A stretch of 58,213 nucleotides of DNA from Acidobacteriota bacterium (GTDB taxonomy: Bacteria; Bacteroidota; Ignavibacteria; Ignavibacteriales; SURF-24), in NCBI GenBank assembly GCA_050258415.1, contig JBLMYS010000126.1, forward strand, positions 1 through 58,213, written 5' to 3'. Made by a program: the position numbers and the translations under genes. Below, piece after piece: positions 30,340-41,671 of the stretch. Each line of letters opens with the position of its first letter. Position 1 is the stretch's first letter. Below the pieces are notes generated by a model. That model did no database searches and had not been told where the DNA came from. It worked only from the letters and a program-made list of their open reading frames with translations.

Positions 30340-30368
30340 GGGCGCGCGCATAAAACGTGCGTGCGCCC
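30340..30368 (-). terminator. GC-rich hairpin downstream of pgk
   Basis: Sequence is gggcgcgcgca-taaaacg-tgcgtgcgccc. On the minus strand it is followed by a T-rich tract (tttttctgaatttt). Confidence 0.6.
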
Positions 30369-30421
30369 CTCATGTTTATCTCCAGCTTCAATTTTTCCTA
30401 CAAAGCAGAAGTTAAAAGCGG

Positions 30422-31621
30422 CTATTTTGCGTCATTTAACGCTGCAACTCCGGGAAGGGTCTTTCCTTCGAGGAATTCCAGTGATGCTCCGCCACCGGTG
30501 GAAACGTGTGAAACCTTCTCCTCCAGGCCTGCTTTCTTAATTGCAGCTGCCGAGTCACCACCGCCTATAATTGTTGTTGCACCCTTTTCTGTGGCTTCAA
30601 CAAGCGCCTCTGCAATTGCATTTGTTCCCTTTGCAAAATTGTCAAACTCAAAAACACCCATTGGGCCGTTCCAGATAATAGTTTTGCTCTTTAAGACCTC
30701 AGCCTTAAAAAGTTCAACTGTCTTTGGGCCAATATCCATTCCCATCTTGTCGGCAGGGATATTCTGAATGCTTACCACTTCTGAAGGTGAATCGTTGCTG
30801 AATTCACTTGTTACAACCACGTCCACAGGAAGCATGAAGTTGACTTTTGAGTTCTTTGCCTTCTCAAGAATTTCCTTAGCCAGGTCAATTTTCTCCTCTT
30901 CTAAAAGCGACTTGCCTATTTCATAGCCCATGGCCTTATAAAACGTGTAAGCCATTCCGCCGCCGATGATAAGAGTATCGACCTTAGGGAAAAGGTTCTG
31001 TATAACGTCGATCTTACCCGAAATCTTTGCACCGCCTAAGATAGCGCAGTAAGGCCTTTCAGGTTCAGAGATTGCCTTACCCAGGTAATCGAGCTCTTTC
31101 TGCATGAGGTAGCCAGCGGCATTAACCTGAATATACTTTGTAACTCCTTCTGTGGAAGCATGTGCGCGGTGAGCGCTTCCAAAGGCGTCGTTGATATAAA
31201 CGTCGCCAAGCTCTGAAAGTTCTTTTGCGAATTCAGGGTTGTTTTTCTCCTCTTCGGCATGGAACCTTAAATTCTCAAGGAGAACCACGTCGCCGTCCTT
31301 CATTGAATTAACCAGATTCTTTGCCTCAGGGCCAACGCAGTCGGGAGCCATTTTAACTTCTTTTCCGAGAAGTTCAGAAAGTCTTTTTGCCGCCGGTTTC
31401 AGGCTATATTTCGGGTTCGGCTGCCCCTTGGGTCTTCCCAGGTGGCTCATTAAAATAACCTTACCACCTTCATTTATTATCTTCTTTATGGTTGGTAATG
31501 ATGAGGTTATCCTGATATCGTCGGTTATATTCAGATTTTCATCCAAAGGCACGTTGAAATCCACTCTAACCAGGACTCTCTTGCCTTTAAGGTCCACCTG
31601 GTCAATTGACAATTTGTTCAT
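30422..31621 (-). CDS. pgk: Phosphoglycerate kinase
   Basis: [16 protein letters not shown], the SHLGRPKG motif, and GGGDSAAA. 399 aa. Confidence 0.96.
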   Translation of the reverse strand: MNKLSIDQVDLKGKRVLVRVDFNVPLDENLNITDDIRITSSLPTIKKIINEGGKVILMSHLGRPKGQPNPKYSLKPAAKRLSELLGKEVKMAPDCVGPEAKNLVNSMKDGDVVLLENLRFHAEEEKNNPEFAKELSELGDVYINDAFGSAHRAHASTEGVTKYIQVNAAGYLMQKELDYLGKAISEPERPYCAILGGAKISGKIDVIQNLFPKVDTLIIGGGMAYTFYKAMGYEIGKSLLEEEKIDLAKEILEKAKNSKVNFMLPVDVVVTSEFSNDSPSEVVSIQNIPADKMGMDIGPKTVELFKAEVLKSKTIIWNGPMGVFEFDNFAKGTNAIAEALVEATEKGATTIIGGGDSAAAIKKAGLEEKVSHVSTGGGASLEFLEGKTLPGVAALNDAK

Positions 31622-31766
31622 TTATCCTCCGCTTAAAAATAATTTATGAAAAAATAAGTAAAAGAGCTACAATTCCAGCCATCCCCCGCAGCTTCTATTT
31701 ACTTTTATGGTCATTCAGGCTCATAAAAAAGGCCTGAAGTGATAAGAACGTAAAAAATATAAAAAA

Positions 31767-31800
31767 AGACGCAGCCTATAAAAATAGGGAAACTGCGTCT
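31767..31800 (-). terminator. Intrinsic terminator downstream of gap
   Basis: Stem agacgcag / ctgcgtct. On the minus strand it is followed by ttttttt. Confidence 0.7.
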
Positions 31801-31831
31801 TTAAAAAGATAGTATCTTATTCTTAAAAAGA

Positions 31832-32836
<1,005 letters not shown>

Positions 32837-33158
32837 TCAGTTTTTTTAATTGTGGTAATAATATACTTATTTATACCTTTATTTTCAATTTTAAGTTCTG
32901 AATTTCACACGGTTATTGTACCAAAACTGCACATTAAAAGCAATATCCGTCACAATAAAATGCATTTAAACCGGGAAATTTCAAACTCTTCCGCAAAATC
33001 AATCAGCTTAATATAAGTAATAACTAAGTAAAAATAATAACAAAAAAATAGTTATTTATTAAAAAATTGTTATATTAGCATAAAATGAGTTCCCAAAATA
33101 TTACTGGCTTTCCGTCAGAACAGGTAAGAATCAACATAATTTAAAAGAGGGGTTAATT

Positions 33159-33842
33159 ATGTCTTCTTTATCGGAATTTCTGTTGAATGTTCCTATTTTC
33201 ACCGACCTGGAGCACGAGGCTCTGGAGATGATTGCCAACGTTGGCAAGCGCAAGTTCTATGAAAAGGATAGTATCATTTTGATGGAAGAAGATGCAGGAA
33301 GTGCACTCTTTGTTATTATTAGCGGAAAGGTTAAAGTCTCAAGGACAAGCAACGACGGACGTGAAGTTATTCTTACCATTCTTGGCGAAAGTGACTTCTT
33401 CGGAGAAATGGCAATTCTCGACGGACTGAAACGCTCGGCAAGTGTTATTGCTATTGAGGATTCAGAACTCTTCATTGTGCAGAGAAACGATTTCCTTAAT
33501 CTCTTGAGGATTCATCCCGAAGTTTCAATCTCTCTTTTGCAGGAGCTGACAAGCCGCCTTAGAAGCGCCGATATGAAAATTAAATCCCTCTCACTCAAGG
33601 ATGCCGAAGGCAAGGTAGCCTCCGTGATTCTTCAGATCGCAGATGAGATCGGGAAAATCCGCCAGGGTATCGTGGAAATTGAAAGACTCCCGCTGCAACA
33701 GGATCTTGCCAATATGGCCGGAACTTCAAGAGAAACAATTTCAAGGACCATCCATTCCTTTGCAAAGAAAGGGCTTGTTGAACTGGATGGCTCCCGGCTT
33801 AGAATACTAAATTACGACAAGTTTAAGGAGAATTTCGGCTGA
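33159..33842 (+). CDS. Crp/Fnr-family transcriptional regulator
   Basis: cNMP-binding domain (FGEMAILDGLKRSASVIA) and a C-terminal HTH (SRETISRTIHSFAKKGLV). Confidence 0.88.
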   Translation: MSSLSEFLLNVPIFTDLEHEALEMIANVGKRKFYEKDSIILMEEDAGSALFVIISGKVKVSRTSNDGREVILTILGESDFFGEMAILDGLKRSASVIAIEDSELFIVQRNDFLNLLRIHPEVSISLLQELTSRLRSADMKIKSLSLKDAEGKVASVILQIADEIGKIRQGIVEIERLPLQQDLANMAGTSRETISRTIHSFAKKGLVELDGSRLRILNYDKFKENFG

Positions 33843-33874
33843 AGCTTCTTTTCGGCCGGGAAATGATAAGTTAG

Positions 33875-34705
33875 ATGAGCGCTAAAATAGATTTACATTT
33901 GCATACTACCTGTTCGGATGGTGTCTGTTCCCCGTTGGAATTAGTTTATAAGGCTAAGAAAGCTGGACTCGATGTAATTAGCATAACAGATCACGATAAT
34001 CTGGCCGGCATAGAAGCAGCTACGGAATTCGGAAAACAGATGGGTGTGGAAGTTATTCCGGGCGTGGAAATTTCGACTGATATTGAAGATAAGGAAGTCC
34101 ATCTTCTGGGCTACTTTATAGACATTTATCACGATGAATTCCAGAAATACCTCAGTTTCTTCCGCCAGGAACGTTATAACCGCGCCCTCAGAATTGTTAA
34201 GAAACTCAACCGTCAGGGCGTCTTTATTTCAATTGAAAGTGTGCTCCAGAAGGCTAAAAGCGGGGCTGTCGGCAGACCACACATTGCTCAAACCTTGATT
34301 GAAGCTGGTTATGTAAATAACTTCTATGAGGCTTTCGATAAGTACATCGGCAACCAGTGCCCTGCCTTTGAAAGAAAAATCCACCTTTCCCCGCAAAGTG
34401 CGCTTAAACTTATCGGCGACGCTGGTGGACTGTCATTTATAGCCCATCCGGGCTACGTCAGCGAAAAAATACTCTTAAGCCTCATTAACGCGGGAATTGA
34501 CGGAATTGAGGTTGTCCACCCGTCCCATAACCAGAACCAGGTAAAATACTACAGGGGAATCGTTAATGAATATTGCCTCCTGGCCTCGGGTGGAAGCGAC
34601 TACCATGGCGGCAAACGCGAAGATGAGCAGAACCTCGGTAAATTTTATATTACGAAAAATAACCTCGACGCCATGAGAAAGATGCTAGTTAAAAACAGCG
34701 CCTGA
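33875..34705 (+). CDS. PHP-domain metal-dependent phosphoesterase
   Basis: IDLHLHTTCSDG, ISITDHDN, IAHPG and GGSDYHG motifs. Confidence 0.85.
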   Translation: MSAKIDLHLHTTCSDGVCSPLELVYKAKKAGLDVISITDHDNLAGIEAATEFGKQMGVEVIPGVEISTDIEDKEVHLLGYFIDIYHDEFQKYLSFFRQERYNRALRIVKKLNRQGVFISIESVLQKAKSGAVGRPHIAQTLIEAGYVNNFYEAFDKYIGNQCPAFERKIHLSPQSALKLIGDAGGLSFIAHPGYVSEKILLSLINAGIDGIEVVHPSHNQNQVKYYRGIVNEYCLLASGGSDYHGGKREDEQNLGKFYITKNNLDAMRKMLVKNSA

Positions 34706-34775
34706 GGCTTTTATGAATGTAATATTAAGCTTATATTTCAACCATTAATTGAACTAATTTCAGGAATATCCAAAA

Positions 34776-35252
34776 ATGTCCAGAGTAATCGAAGGAAAAC
34801 TTTCAGCAAAGGATTATAAGTTTGCATTGGTAGTTAGCAGATTCAATGATTTCATCAGCCAGAAGCTCCTTGAAGGCGCTCTTGATTGCCTCAACAGACA
34901 CGACGCAAGTGATGATAACATAGACATTGTAAAGGTGCCGGGATCTTTTGAAATCCCTCTTGCTGCCAGCCGCCTTGCCGACTTACAGAAATATAACGCC
35001 ATAATCTGCCTCGGAGCCGTAATACGCGGGGCAACACCTCATTTTGATTACGTCGCCTCTGAGGTCTCGAAGGGTATTGCGCAGACTTCCCTCAAATCAG
35101 GCGTGCCCGTTGCGTTCGGGGTTCTTACTACAGATACAATCGAACAGGCTATTGAACGCGCCGGAACAAAATCGGGGAACAAGGGTTGGGATGCGGCTCT
35201 TACCGCAATCGAAATGGCTGACCTGCTGAATAATCTTGAGTCTGAAAAATAA
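34776..35252 (+). CDS. ribH: 6,7-dimethyl-8-ribityllumazine synthase
   Basis: [12 protein letters not shown]...[11 protein letters not shown]...[16 protein letters not shown]. 158 aa. Confidence 0.94.
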   Translation: MSRVIEGKLSAKDYKFALVVSRFNDFISQKLLEGALDCLNRHDASDDNIDIVKVPGSFEIPLAASRLADLQKYNAIICLGAVIRGATPHFDYVASEVSKGIAQTSLKSGVPVAFGVLTTDTIEQAIERAGTKSGNKGWDAALTAIEMADLLNNLESEK

Positions 35253-35279
35253 AACACTCTCAGGGAAGTATTATTTTAA

Positions 35280-35312
35280 GGGATATGCCCACTCAGGCAT
35301 GTCCCTTTTTTT
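35280..35312. terminator. Hairpin plus T-run between convergent ribH and the membrane protein gene
   Basis: Sequence is gggatatgcc-cactca-ggcatgtccc with one mismatch, followed by ttttttt. Confidence 0.65.
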
Positions 35313-35313
35313 C

Positions 35314-36948
35314 TTACTCCACCGGCTTAAATTCCTTCCCGTCAAAATAGAGTTGGGAATAGCCGTGGCGGTTCCTGAAATAAACCCCTGCAATTGACTG
35401 CGGCACTCTGTTTTCATCCAGGAAAGTTTTTATCCTTATCTTTACACCTTCTGACTCAGCTTCGATCGATTCATTTTTTATAACAGCCCTCGACTCTCCC
35501 CCGTATGGAAGAAAACGCCCGTTATTTATGTGGAATACAAGTGAAGTATCCGTTTTTTCCGCAAGTTTTATCGCACTGTCAAAACTGCTCATCTCACACC
35601 TTAGAGGCGTTATGACGGCTACATTTTTGTCCTTCAGAGCCCATTGAACTGACTCCTGTATGCCAAGCTTCATCATTGGAATCCTTGTCAGCTTGTCCGG
35701 TGTAGCCCAAACGTAGACCGAATCTGTTTTTATCCCATCCTTTACACTGCTCAGGCTCACAAGTGCCGCATCCATCCTTTTTCCTGCACTCCCCCATTTT
35801 AACATTAAGCTGAAGTCATAGACCGAAAAGACAATCGTGATAAGAAGAAATATAACAAGCATCGCCTTCTTTGAGAAGGAATTTGCCCTCATATTCTCTC
35901 CTATTGCGGCAACAGCCCAGACAAGGCCTGCTGACGCGGTAAACACATACCAGCGCATAAGCCTCGGAAGCCCGGGAAGAATAAATACTGTAAACCACAA
36001 TAAAGATGCAATTAGTGTCCACATGAGGTGCCTGCCAATTTTAACGGGCTTTCTGTATATGAAAATAATATAAATGGCAAGCAAAGCTATTAAAACTGCC
36101 AGTGCAAGAAAAATCCTAGAGGAGGAGGCCAGAACTTCAAGCGACTCAGGAGAAAAAAAGCTAAGAGGTATATAAATAAAGAAATTTTGTATCCACCTGA
36201 AAACACCTGAATTTGAAAAATGGTTTGAGCTGAAGGGTGTTCCTCCGATAAAGAACCACCTGTAAAGAAGAATGCACACGATGAGGCTAAAGCCTGCTAA
36301 GGTGTCCCTCAGGACAGCAAACATCTTTTTTCTCTTTAAGTCTCTTCCTGCTGAAAGTGAAATTACCGGAATAAGAACGCCTGCAAAGGCCGACTCCTTG
36401 ATTAAAGCTGCCAGCAGGAGCAGAAAATAAAAAAGAAAAATGTTTTTTTTGCTTATGCTGTCTTTCTTTATGGCCTCTGCATAGCTGCAGAATGCCGCAA
36501 GAAGCATAATTGTTACAAGCGACTCCCCCTGGTCTGCAATCCATGCGGCCTGGTACTCATGAGAAGGCAATACGGCAAACAATATTGCGCCAAATGCAGA
36601 GTAAAGTCTGGATAAGCCTACCTTCTCACCAGCCTTTGCAACGAAGAGGCAGCATAAGGCATAAAGCAGAAGGCTTGCAATTCTAAAGGCCATGGGATGA
36701 AAACCCGCCGTAAGGAGTATTAAAGGATGGAGCACATTGCCCAAAGGCCTCCAGTAAAAATTCGAAACGTCAGGAGTATAGAATGGCCTTACAATGGAAA
36801 TCCACCCCTTCCCGGCGTGATAGCCCAGAATCTGGTAGTCGTCATTTATAAAGGAGATAAAGACTACCGGCAGCCAGGCAATTATTGCAGAAAGAAAAAC
36901 AGACTGGTAAGGGTATTTCCCGACAATTTTTTTTATCAGTTCAGGCAT
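35314..36948 (-). CDS. Polytopic membrane protein, possibly a GT-C/ArnT-like glycosyltransferase
   Basis: 544 aa with about 11 hydrophobic helices in the first 380 aa and a soluble C-terminal domain. The assignment rests on architecture only. Confidence 0.4.
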   Translation of the reverse strand: MPELIKKIVGKYPYQSVFLSAIIAWLPVVFISFINDDYQILGYHAGKGWISIVRPFYTPDVSNFYWRPLGNVLHPLILLTAGFHPMAFRIASLLLYALCCLFVAKAGEKVGLSRLYSAFGAILFAVLPSHEYQAAWIADQGESLVTIMLLAAFCSYAEAIKKDSISKKNIFLFYFLLLLAALIKESAFAGVLIPVISLSAGRDLKRKKMFAVLRDTLAGFSLIVCILLYRWFFIGGTPFSSNHFSNSGVFRWIQNFFIYIPLSFFSPESLEVLASSSRIFLALAVLIALLAIYIIFIYRKPVKIGRHLMWTLIASLLWFTVFILPGLPRLMRWYVFTASAGLVWAVAAIGENMRANSFSKKAMLVIFLLITIVFSVYDFSLMLKWGSAGKRMDAALVSLSSVKDGIKTDSVYVWATPDKLTRIPMMKLGIQESVQWALKDKNVAVITPLRCEMSSFDSAIKLAEKTDTSLVFHINNGRFLPYGGESRAVIKNESIEAESEGVKIRIKTFLDENRVPQSIAGVYFRNRHGYSQLYFDGKEFKPVE

Positions 36949-37243
36949 TTAAGCACAGCAAATAGTTCAAAAATCAATTATAATACTGACCTCAGGCATC
37001 CTTATTGAAAAGCCAGGCAGTAATCTAATTAAAGAAATATCTTTATTCAAATTTCTTCGGGCCTGAAGGGAAAGTAATTTTGCTTAATGCGTTATTTTTT
37101 GTTTATTTGATCCTTATCAATATACTTCAATTTGTACTTCCCGATTTTGTTAAAAGTATTATATTTGTAATTTAATTTAGTTCTTACTTAGAAAAGACCA
37201 TAACTGAATATTTAATCTTTCTTGAAATACACAGGAAAACTAC

Positions 37244-39490
37244 ATGAAGCCCAGAACAATCCTCATTGCCGTTACACTACTGCTGTTAAGCTGGTCTGTA
37301 TACCCGCAGCAGATCGGAACATGGAGAAGCTATTCCAATATGCAGAATGTAAGAGGTGCACAGGCCTCTAACGTTGGAATGTGGGCCGCTACTTCAGGTG
37401 GTGCATTCTTCTATAACTTCAGCGACAGTTCTTACCTGAAACTCGCTAAAGCAGAAGGCCTCAGCAGCAATTCGCTTACGTCGCTTGCAATAGACAAAAA
37501 CGGAATGATCTGGTTCGGAGGCGAATCGGGAACTATCGATATTTACGACATTGCAAAAAGGGCTTTTGTAAAGAAGATCCTGGACATCGCCTCTTTGGAC
37601 AAGGGGCAGAAAAAAATTAATTCCTTTTTTGTGGTCGGCGACTCAATTTATGTGGCAACGGATTTCGGCATCTCTCTTCTGAAGGCAAGTGATTTTACAT
37701 TTCAGGATACATACCTTAAACTCGGCAGTTTCCCTTCTGATACTAAGGTTAATTCGATCTTCCACAAGGGACTCCTCTATGCCGCAACTGAAAACGGCGT
37801 GGCAATGCAGAAGGCAGGGACATCTAACCTTTCGGCTCCCGAATCCTGGACTAACTTTACGGAGGCACAGGGGCTCCCTTCCAACTCTGTAACAAGGATT
37901 GTAAGCTTCAGGGATTCAGTTATTGCCGCTACAGCAGAGGGATTGGCTCTTCTGAATGGAAATTCCTGGATTGCCATTCTGCCTCAGATTGGAACAGCTT
38001 CTGTAGTGGACCTGTTGGTCAAAGGAGACTCCCTTCTGATTGCGACACCAAGCATAATAAGCCTTTATTACAACGGAAAGGTTTCTACAGCCGTACAGGC
38101 CCCCGCAAATACACAATTTACCGGGATAGTATCTGCTAATTCGCACGGGCTTTTTGCCGCAACAACCCAGGGGCTGCTGAGCCTTTCTTCGGGCGCAAAG
38201 TACTACCCCGAGGGCCCTGCTTCCAACCTCTTTAACGGGCTGTCTGTAGACAGGGACGGGAACCTATGGGCAGGCAGCGGAACGGGAGAAACTGCACCAG
38301 GCTTTTACGTATTCAACGGACAGAAATGGACAAACTATACGGTCAATGACGTCCCGGCTCCAAATGGAAGCTCTACATTTTTCAGGACTTACATAGCACC
38401 CGACAATACGCCTTATGTGATGAGCTGGGGCGAAGGATTCTTAAGGTACAAAAGCGGGCACTTCCAGCTTTTTAATTCCACAAATTCCCCACTTGGCGGT
38501 ATACCTACTAATCCTAACTTTGTTGTCGTTTCAGGACTTGCTACAGACTCAAAAGGCAACCTCTGGGTACAGACTTACAGGTCGACCAATAAGACTCCCT
38601 TATACGTCCTTAAGACCGACAGCACGTGGGGTAGCGTTACAAACTCGCGGTATTTAAACAAAATAATGCTCGGCTTTGGCCTTATTGTTGACCAGTACGA
38701 TACAAAATTTATGCTCCTGAATGTGGAGGAGACTTCCACGGGTAACGGCGTCTACTATTATAACGCGGAAAATCCTCTCTACCCGGGCGATGACGATAAC
38801 GGATTAGGAATGATCTCGACAACTGACGGCCTGAGCTCAAGCAGCGTTAATGCCATTGTAATAGACCGCAGGGGCGAACTCTGGGTGGGTACCAGCGCCG
38901 GAATTAACGTCATACCCGATACACGGGACCCGAAGCTGCATATCTCTTCGGTTGAGCCCTTGCGTTCACGCGTGGTTAACTGTATTGTCGTTGACGCGCT
39001 GAACCAGAAATGGGTAGGAACTCAGCAGGGGGTTTTTGTGGTATCCTCCGACGGGACAAAGCTCATAAACAATTATACTACGTCAAACAGCCCCCTCCCG
39101 AGCGATATCGTGAACAGTATTGCCATCGATAACAATACAGGTACGGTCTACATGGGAACTGACTTCGGTCTGGCCTCTGTTACTACTACAGCGGTTAAAC
39201 CGCAGGAGAGCTTCACGGGAATGTTTGTTTATCCAAACCCCGTCGTTATCGAAAACGGCACTCCGGTCAGAATAACTGTTGAAGGCCTGGTAAGGGACAC
39301 GGATATTAAAATCCTTTCCATTTCAGGCAAGGTCCTGAACACTTTCACCTCCCCGGGAGCAGGAGTTGCTGTTTGGGATGGCCGGGATATGGAAGGCAAC
39401 TATGTGCCAAGCGGCATCTATATAATTGTCGCCTACGATAAAGACGGAACAAATGTTTCTTCGGCTAAGGTGGCCATTTTAAGAAAATAA
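37244..39490 (+). CDS. Secreted beta-propeller (two-component-regulator-propeller-like repeats) protein with a T9SS/FlgD-Ig-like C-terminal domain
   Basis: Signal peptide. Repeated motifs include LTSLAIDKNGMIWFG, VNAIVIDRRGELWVGT and VNCIVVDALNQKWVGT. The C-terminus is VYPNPV...SGIYIIVAY...VAILRK. Confidence 0.7.
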   Translation: MKPRTILIAVTLLLLSWSVYPQQIGTWRSYSNMQNVRGAQASNVGMWAATSGGAFFYNFSDSSYLKLAKAEGLSSNSLTSLAIDKNGMIWFGGESGTIDIYDIAKRAFVKKILDIASLDKGQKKINSFFVVGDSIYVATDFGISLLKASDFTFQDTYLKLGSFPSDTKVNSIFHKGLLYAATENGVAMQKAGTSNLSAPESWTNFTEAQGLPSNSVTRIVSFRDSVIAATAEGLALLNGNSWIAILPQIGTASVVDLLVKGDSLLIATPSIISLYYNGKVSTAVQAPANTQFTGIVSANSHGLFAATTQGLLSLSSGAKYYPEGPASNLFNGLSVDRDGNLWAGSGTGETAPGFYVFNGQKWTNYTVNDVPAPNGSSTFFRTYIAPDNTPYVMSWGEGFLRYKSGHFQLFNSTNSPLGGIPTNPNFVVVSGLATDSKGNLWVQTYRSTNKTPLYVLKTDSTWGSVTNSRYLNKIMLGFGLIVDQYDTKFMLLNVEETSTGNGVYYYNAENPLYPGDDDNGLGMISTTDGLSSSSVNAIVIDRRGELWVGTSAGINVIPDTRDPKLHISSVEPLRSRVVNCIVVDALNQKWVGTQQGVFVVSSDGTKLINNYTTSNSPLPSDIVNSIAIDNNTGTVYMGTDFGLASVTTTAVKPQESFTGMFVYPNPVVIENGTPVRITVEGLVRDTDIKILSISGKVLNTFTSPGAGVAVWDGRDMEGNYVPSGIYIIVAYDKDGTNVSSAKVAILRK

Positions 39491-39554
39491 AATTATCATG
39501 CCTGACCCTTTAGTGAGGCTTTAATTCAGCTATATTAATTTTTGAAAAGTAGAA

Positions 39555-41501
39555 ATGATCGATCTATTAAATTTATCCGTCCAGTTCTCAGGTGAGTATC
39601 TTTTTAAGGATGTTAATCTAAAAATAAATTCTTCAGACAAAATTGCCCTCGTTGGGGCTAACGGAGCGGGGAAAACCACACTCTTCAGAATCATCTCCGG
39701 CCAGCAACAGCCTGAATCGGGAAAGGTCCTGATGCAGAAAGGGATCAGCCTAGGCTACCTCCCCCAGGAAATCGTTGTGCACTCCGGTAAACCCCTTTTT
39801 GAGGAGGTCAAGACTTCACTGAGGCAAATCAATACTCTCGGCGTCGAAGAGCACGAAATTACGCTCCGCCTCGAGGACACTTCCCTATCATTGGAAGAAA
39901 GGGACCAGCTTGTACACAGGCTCGGCGAAGTGCATCACAGGATGGAGGAGGTTGGCTACTACGGCATTAATTCCGAAATTGAAAAGGTTTTAATCGGACT
40001 GGGCTTCGAAGAAAAGGACTTCACAAAACAGACAAACGCCTTCTCGGGAGGCTGGCAGATGCGTATTGCACTTGCTAAGCTTCTGCTCTCAAACCATGAA
40101 GTACTGCTCCTTGACGAGCCTACAAACCACCTCGATCTGGATTCGCTCGAGTGGCTTATCAGCTTCCTTAAGGGCTATAAGGGTGCACTCCTTGTCATTT
40201 CACACGATAAACACTTTGTAAATGAAGTTACAACCAAAACTCTTGAGATATTCCTCAATAAAATATCTTTCTTTAACGGCAACTTCGATGCTTACCTGAA
40301 ATTTAAGGATGAGAGAGACTCTCAGCTTGAGGCGCGTTATATTCTCCAGCAAAAAAAAATTAAGGAAACTGAAAAATTTATCGAACGCTTCAGGTATAAG
40401 GCTACAAAAGCTAAACAGGTCCAAAGCAGAATAAAACAGCTTGAAAAAGTTGAACAGATAGACATGCCGGAGTTCGAAGAGGAGATTAATATCCGCTTCC
40501 CCGATCCGCCTCAAAGCGGGGTTGTACCGCTGGAGCTTGTAAAAATAAATAAATCGTTTGAAGATAACCATGTGCTTCAGAATATCGACTTCAGGCTCGA
40601 CCGTGGCGATAAGATTGCTTTTGTAGGCCCTAACGGCGCCGGTAAAACAACACTCTCCAAAATCATCTCCGGCAGAATTACTTTCGGCAGCGGAGAGAGA
40701 ATTATAGGGCATAATACAATTATTTCCTATTACGCGCAGGACGTGGCAGACAGCCTTGAACCCTCTTTCGACATACTTCAGACGGTGGAAGGAATAGGAG
40801 AAAATAAAACTATCGGGCAGCTTCGATCCATACTGGGCTCTTTCCTCTTTACAGGCGACGACGTTTTTAAGAAGGTACAGGTACTCTCAGGAGGAGAGAA
40901 AAGCCGCGTTGCACTGGCAAAAATTCTTTTAACCAAGGCAAACCTCATTGTGCTCGATGAGCCTACAAACCACCTTGATATTTCAAGTAAGCAGGTGCTG
41001 CAGAAGGCTTTAATGGACTTTAAGGGTACGCTCATTCTTGTTTCACACGACGTGGACTTCCTGAGGCCTGTGGTTAACAAGGTATGCGAGATCCGCAACC
41101 ATGCTGCCAAAATATACTATGGTGGAATAGATTACTACCTCGAAAAGAAAAAAGAAGCCGATGCGGCCGAAAAACCTGCTGTAAAACAGAACGAACAGAA
41201 TAATACAGGCAATAGAAAAGACCAGAAGCGCCTGGAAGCCGAATTAAGGCAGAAAAAGTATGCCGCAACAAAAGACATAGTAAAAGAAATTGCGGCCCTG
41301 GAAGTTAAAATAGAGGCTCTGGAAGAAAAGAAAAAGCAGCTGGAAAGTGATCTGGCAGATCCTTCGGTTTACAGCAATTCACAACTTGCAAAAGAAAAGA
41401 CCTCGGACTATAACAAAGCAAAAGAGGATCTTGAAAAGTGCTTTGAAAAGTGGACAGAGCTGACAGAAAAGCTTGAGGAGATTGAAAGTTCCTTTTCCTG
41501 A
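39555..41501 (+). CDS. ABC-F family ATPase (two ABC domains, no TM)
   Basis: Walker A GANGAGKTT and GPNGAGKTT. Signatures LSGGWQMR and LSGGEKSR. It has an interdomain linker and a C-terminal coiled coil. Confidence 0.9.
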   Translation: MIDLLNLSVQFSGEYLFKDVNLKINSSDKIALVGANGAGKTTLFRIISGQQQPESGKVLMQKGISLGYLPQEIVVHSGKPLFEEVKTSLRQINTLGVEEHEITLRLEDTSLSLEERDQLVHRLGEVHHRMEEVGYYGINSEIEKVLIGLGFEEKDFTKQTNAFSGGWQMRIALAKLLLSNHEVLLLDEPTNHLDLDSLEWLISFLKGYKGALLVISHDKHFVNEVTTKTLEIFLNKISFFNGNFDAYLKFKDERDSQLEARYILQQKKIKETEKFIERFRYKATKAKQVQSRIKQLEKVEQIDMPEFEEEINIRFPDPPQSGVVPLELVKINKSFEDNHVLQNIDFRLDRGDKIAFVGPNGAGKTTLSKIISGRITFGSGERIIGHNTIISYYAQDVADSLEPSFDILQTVEGIGENKTIGQLRSILGSFLFTGDDVFKKVQVLSGGEKSRVALAKILLTKANLIVLDEPTNHLDISSKQVLQKALMDFKGTLILVSHDVDFLRPVVNKVCEIRNHAAKIYYGGIDYYLEKKKEADAAEKPAVKQNEQNNTGNRKDQKRLEAELRQKKYAATKDIVKEIAALEVKIEALEEKKKQLESDLADPSVYSNSQLAKEKTSDYNKAKEDLEKCFEKWTELTEKLEEIESSFS

Positions 41502-41510
41502 AGGCAAATA

Positions 41511-41671
41511 AAAATTAAAAATTAAAAATTAAAAATTAAAAAGTGAAGAGTTTTGGCCTGCGGCCAAAAAAAGGGCAATAAGAAGTGTTTTAGTTTAACG
41601 GAATATTCCTGTATGCCAAACTCTTCTTACTGCCCTTACTTTTTAATTTTTAATTTTTAATTTTTAATTTT
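41511..41671. repeat. 161-bp palindromic element with 34-nt perfect inverted arms made of AAAAATT heptamers
   Basis: The left arm 41511-41544 (aaaatt(aaaaatt)x3 aaaaagt) is the exact reverse complement of 41638-41671. Inner complementary segments are 41545-41557/41615-41626 and 41571-41585/41623-41637. The small hairpin ttttggcc-tgc-ggccaaaa lies at 41551-41569. Confidence 0.85.

Noticed and set aside
41511-41671. The AAAAATT heptamer arrays could be mistaken for a CRISPR or other spaced-repeat array.
   Set aside because: The units are 7 nt and directly abutting with no spacers. The two blocks are inverted copies of each other, and no cas genes are present in the window.
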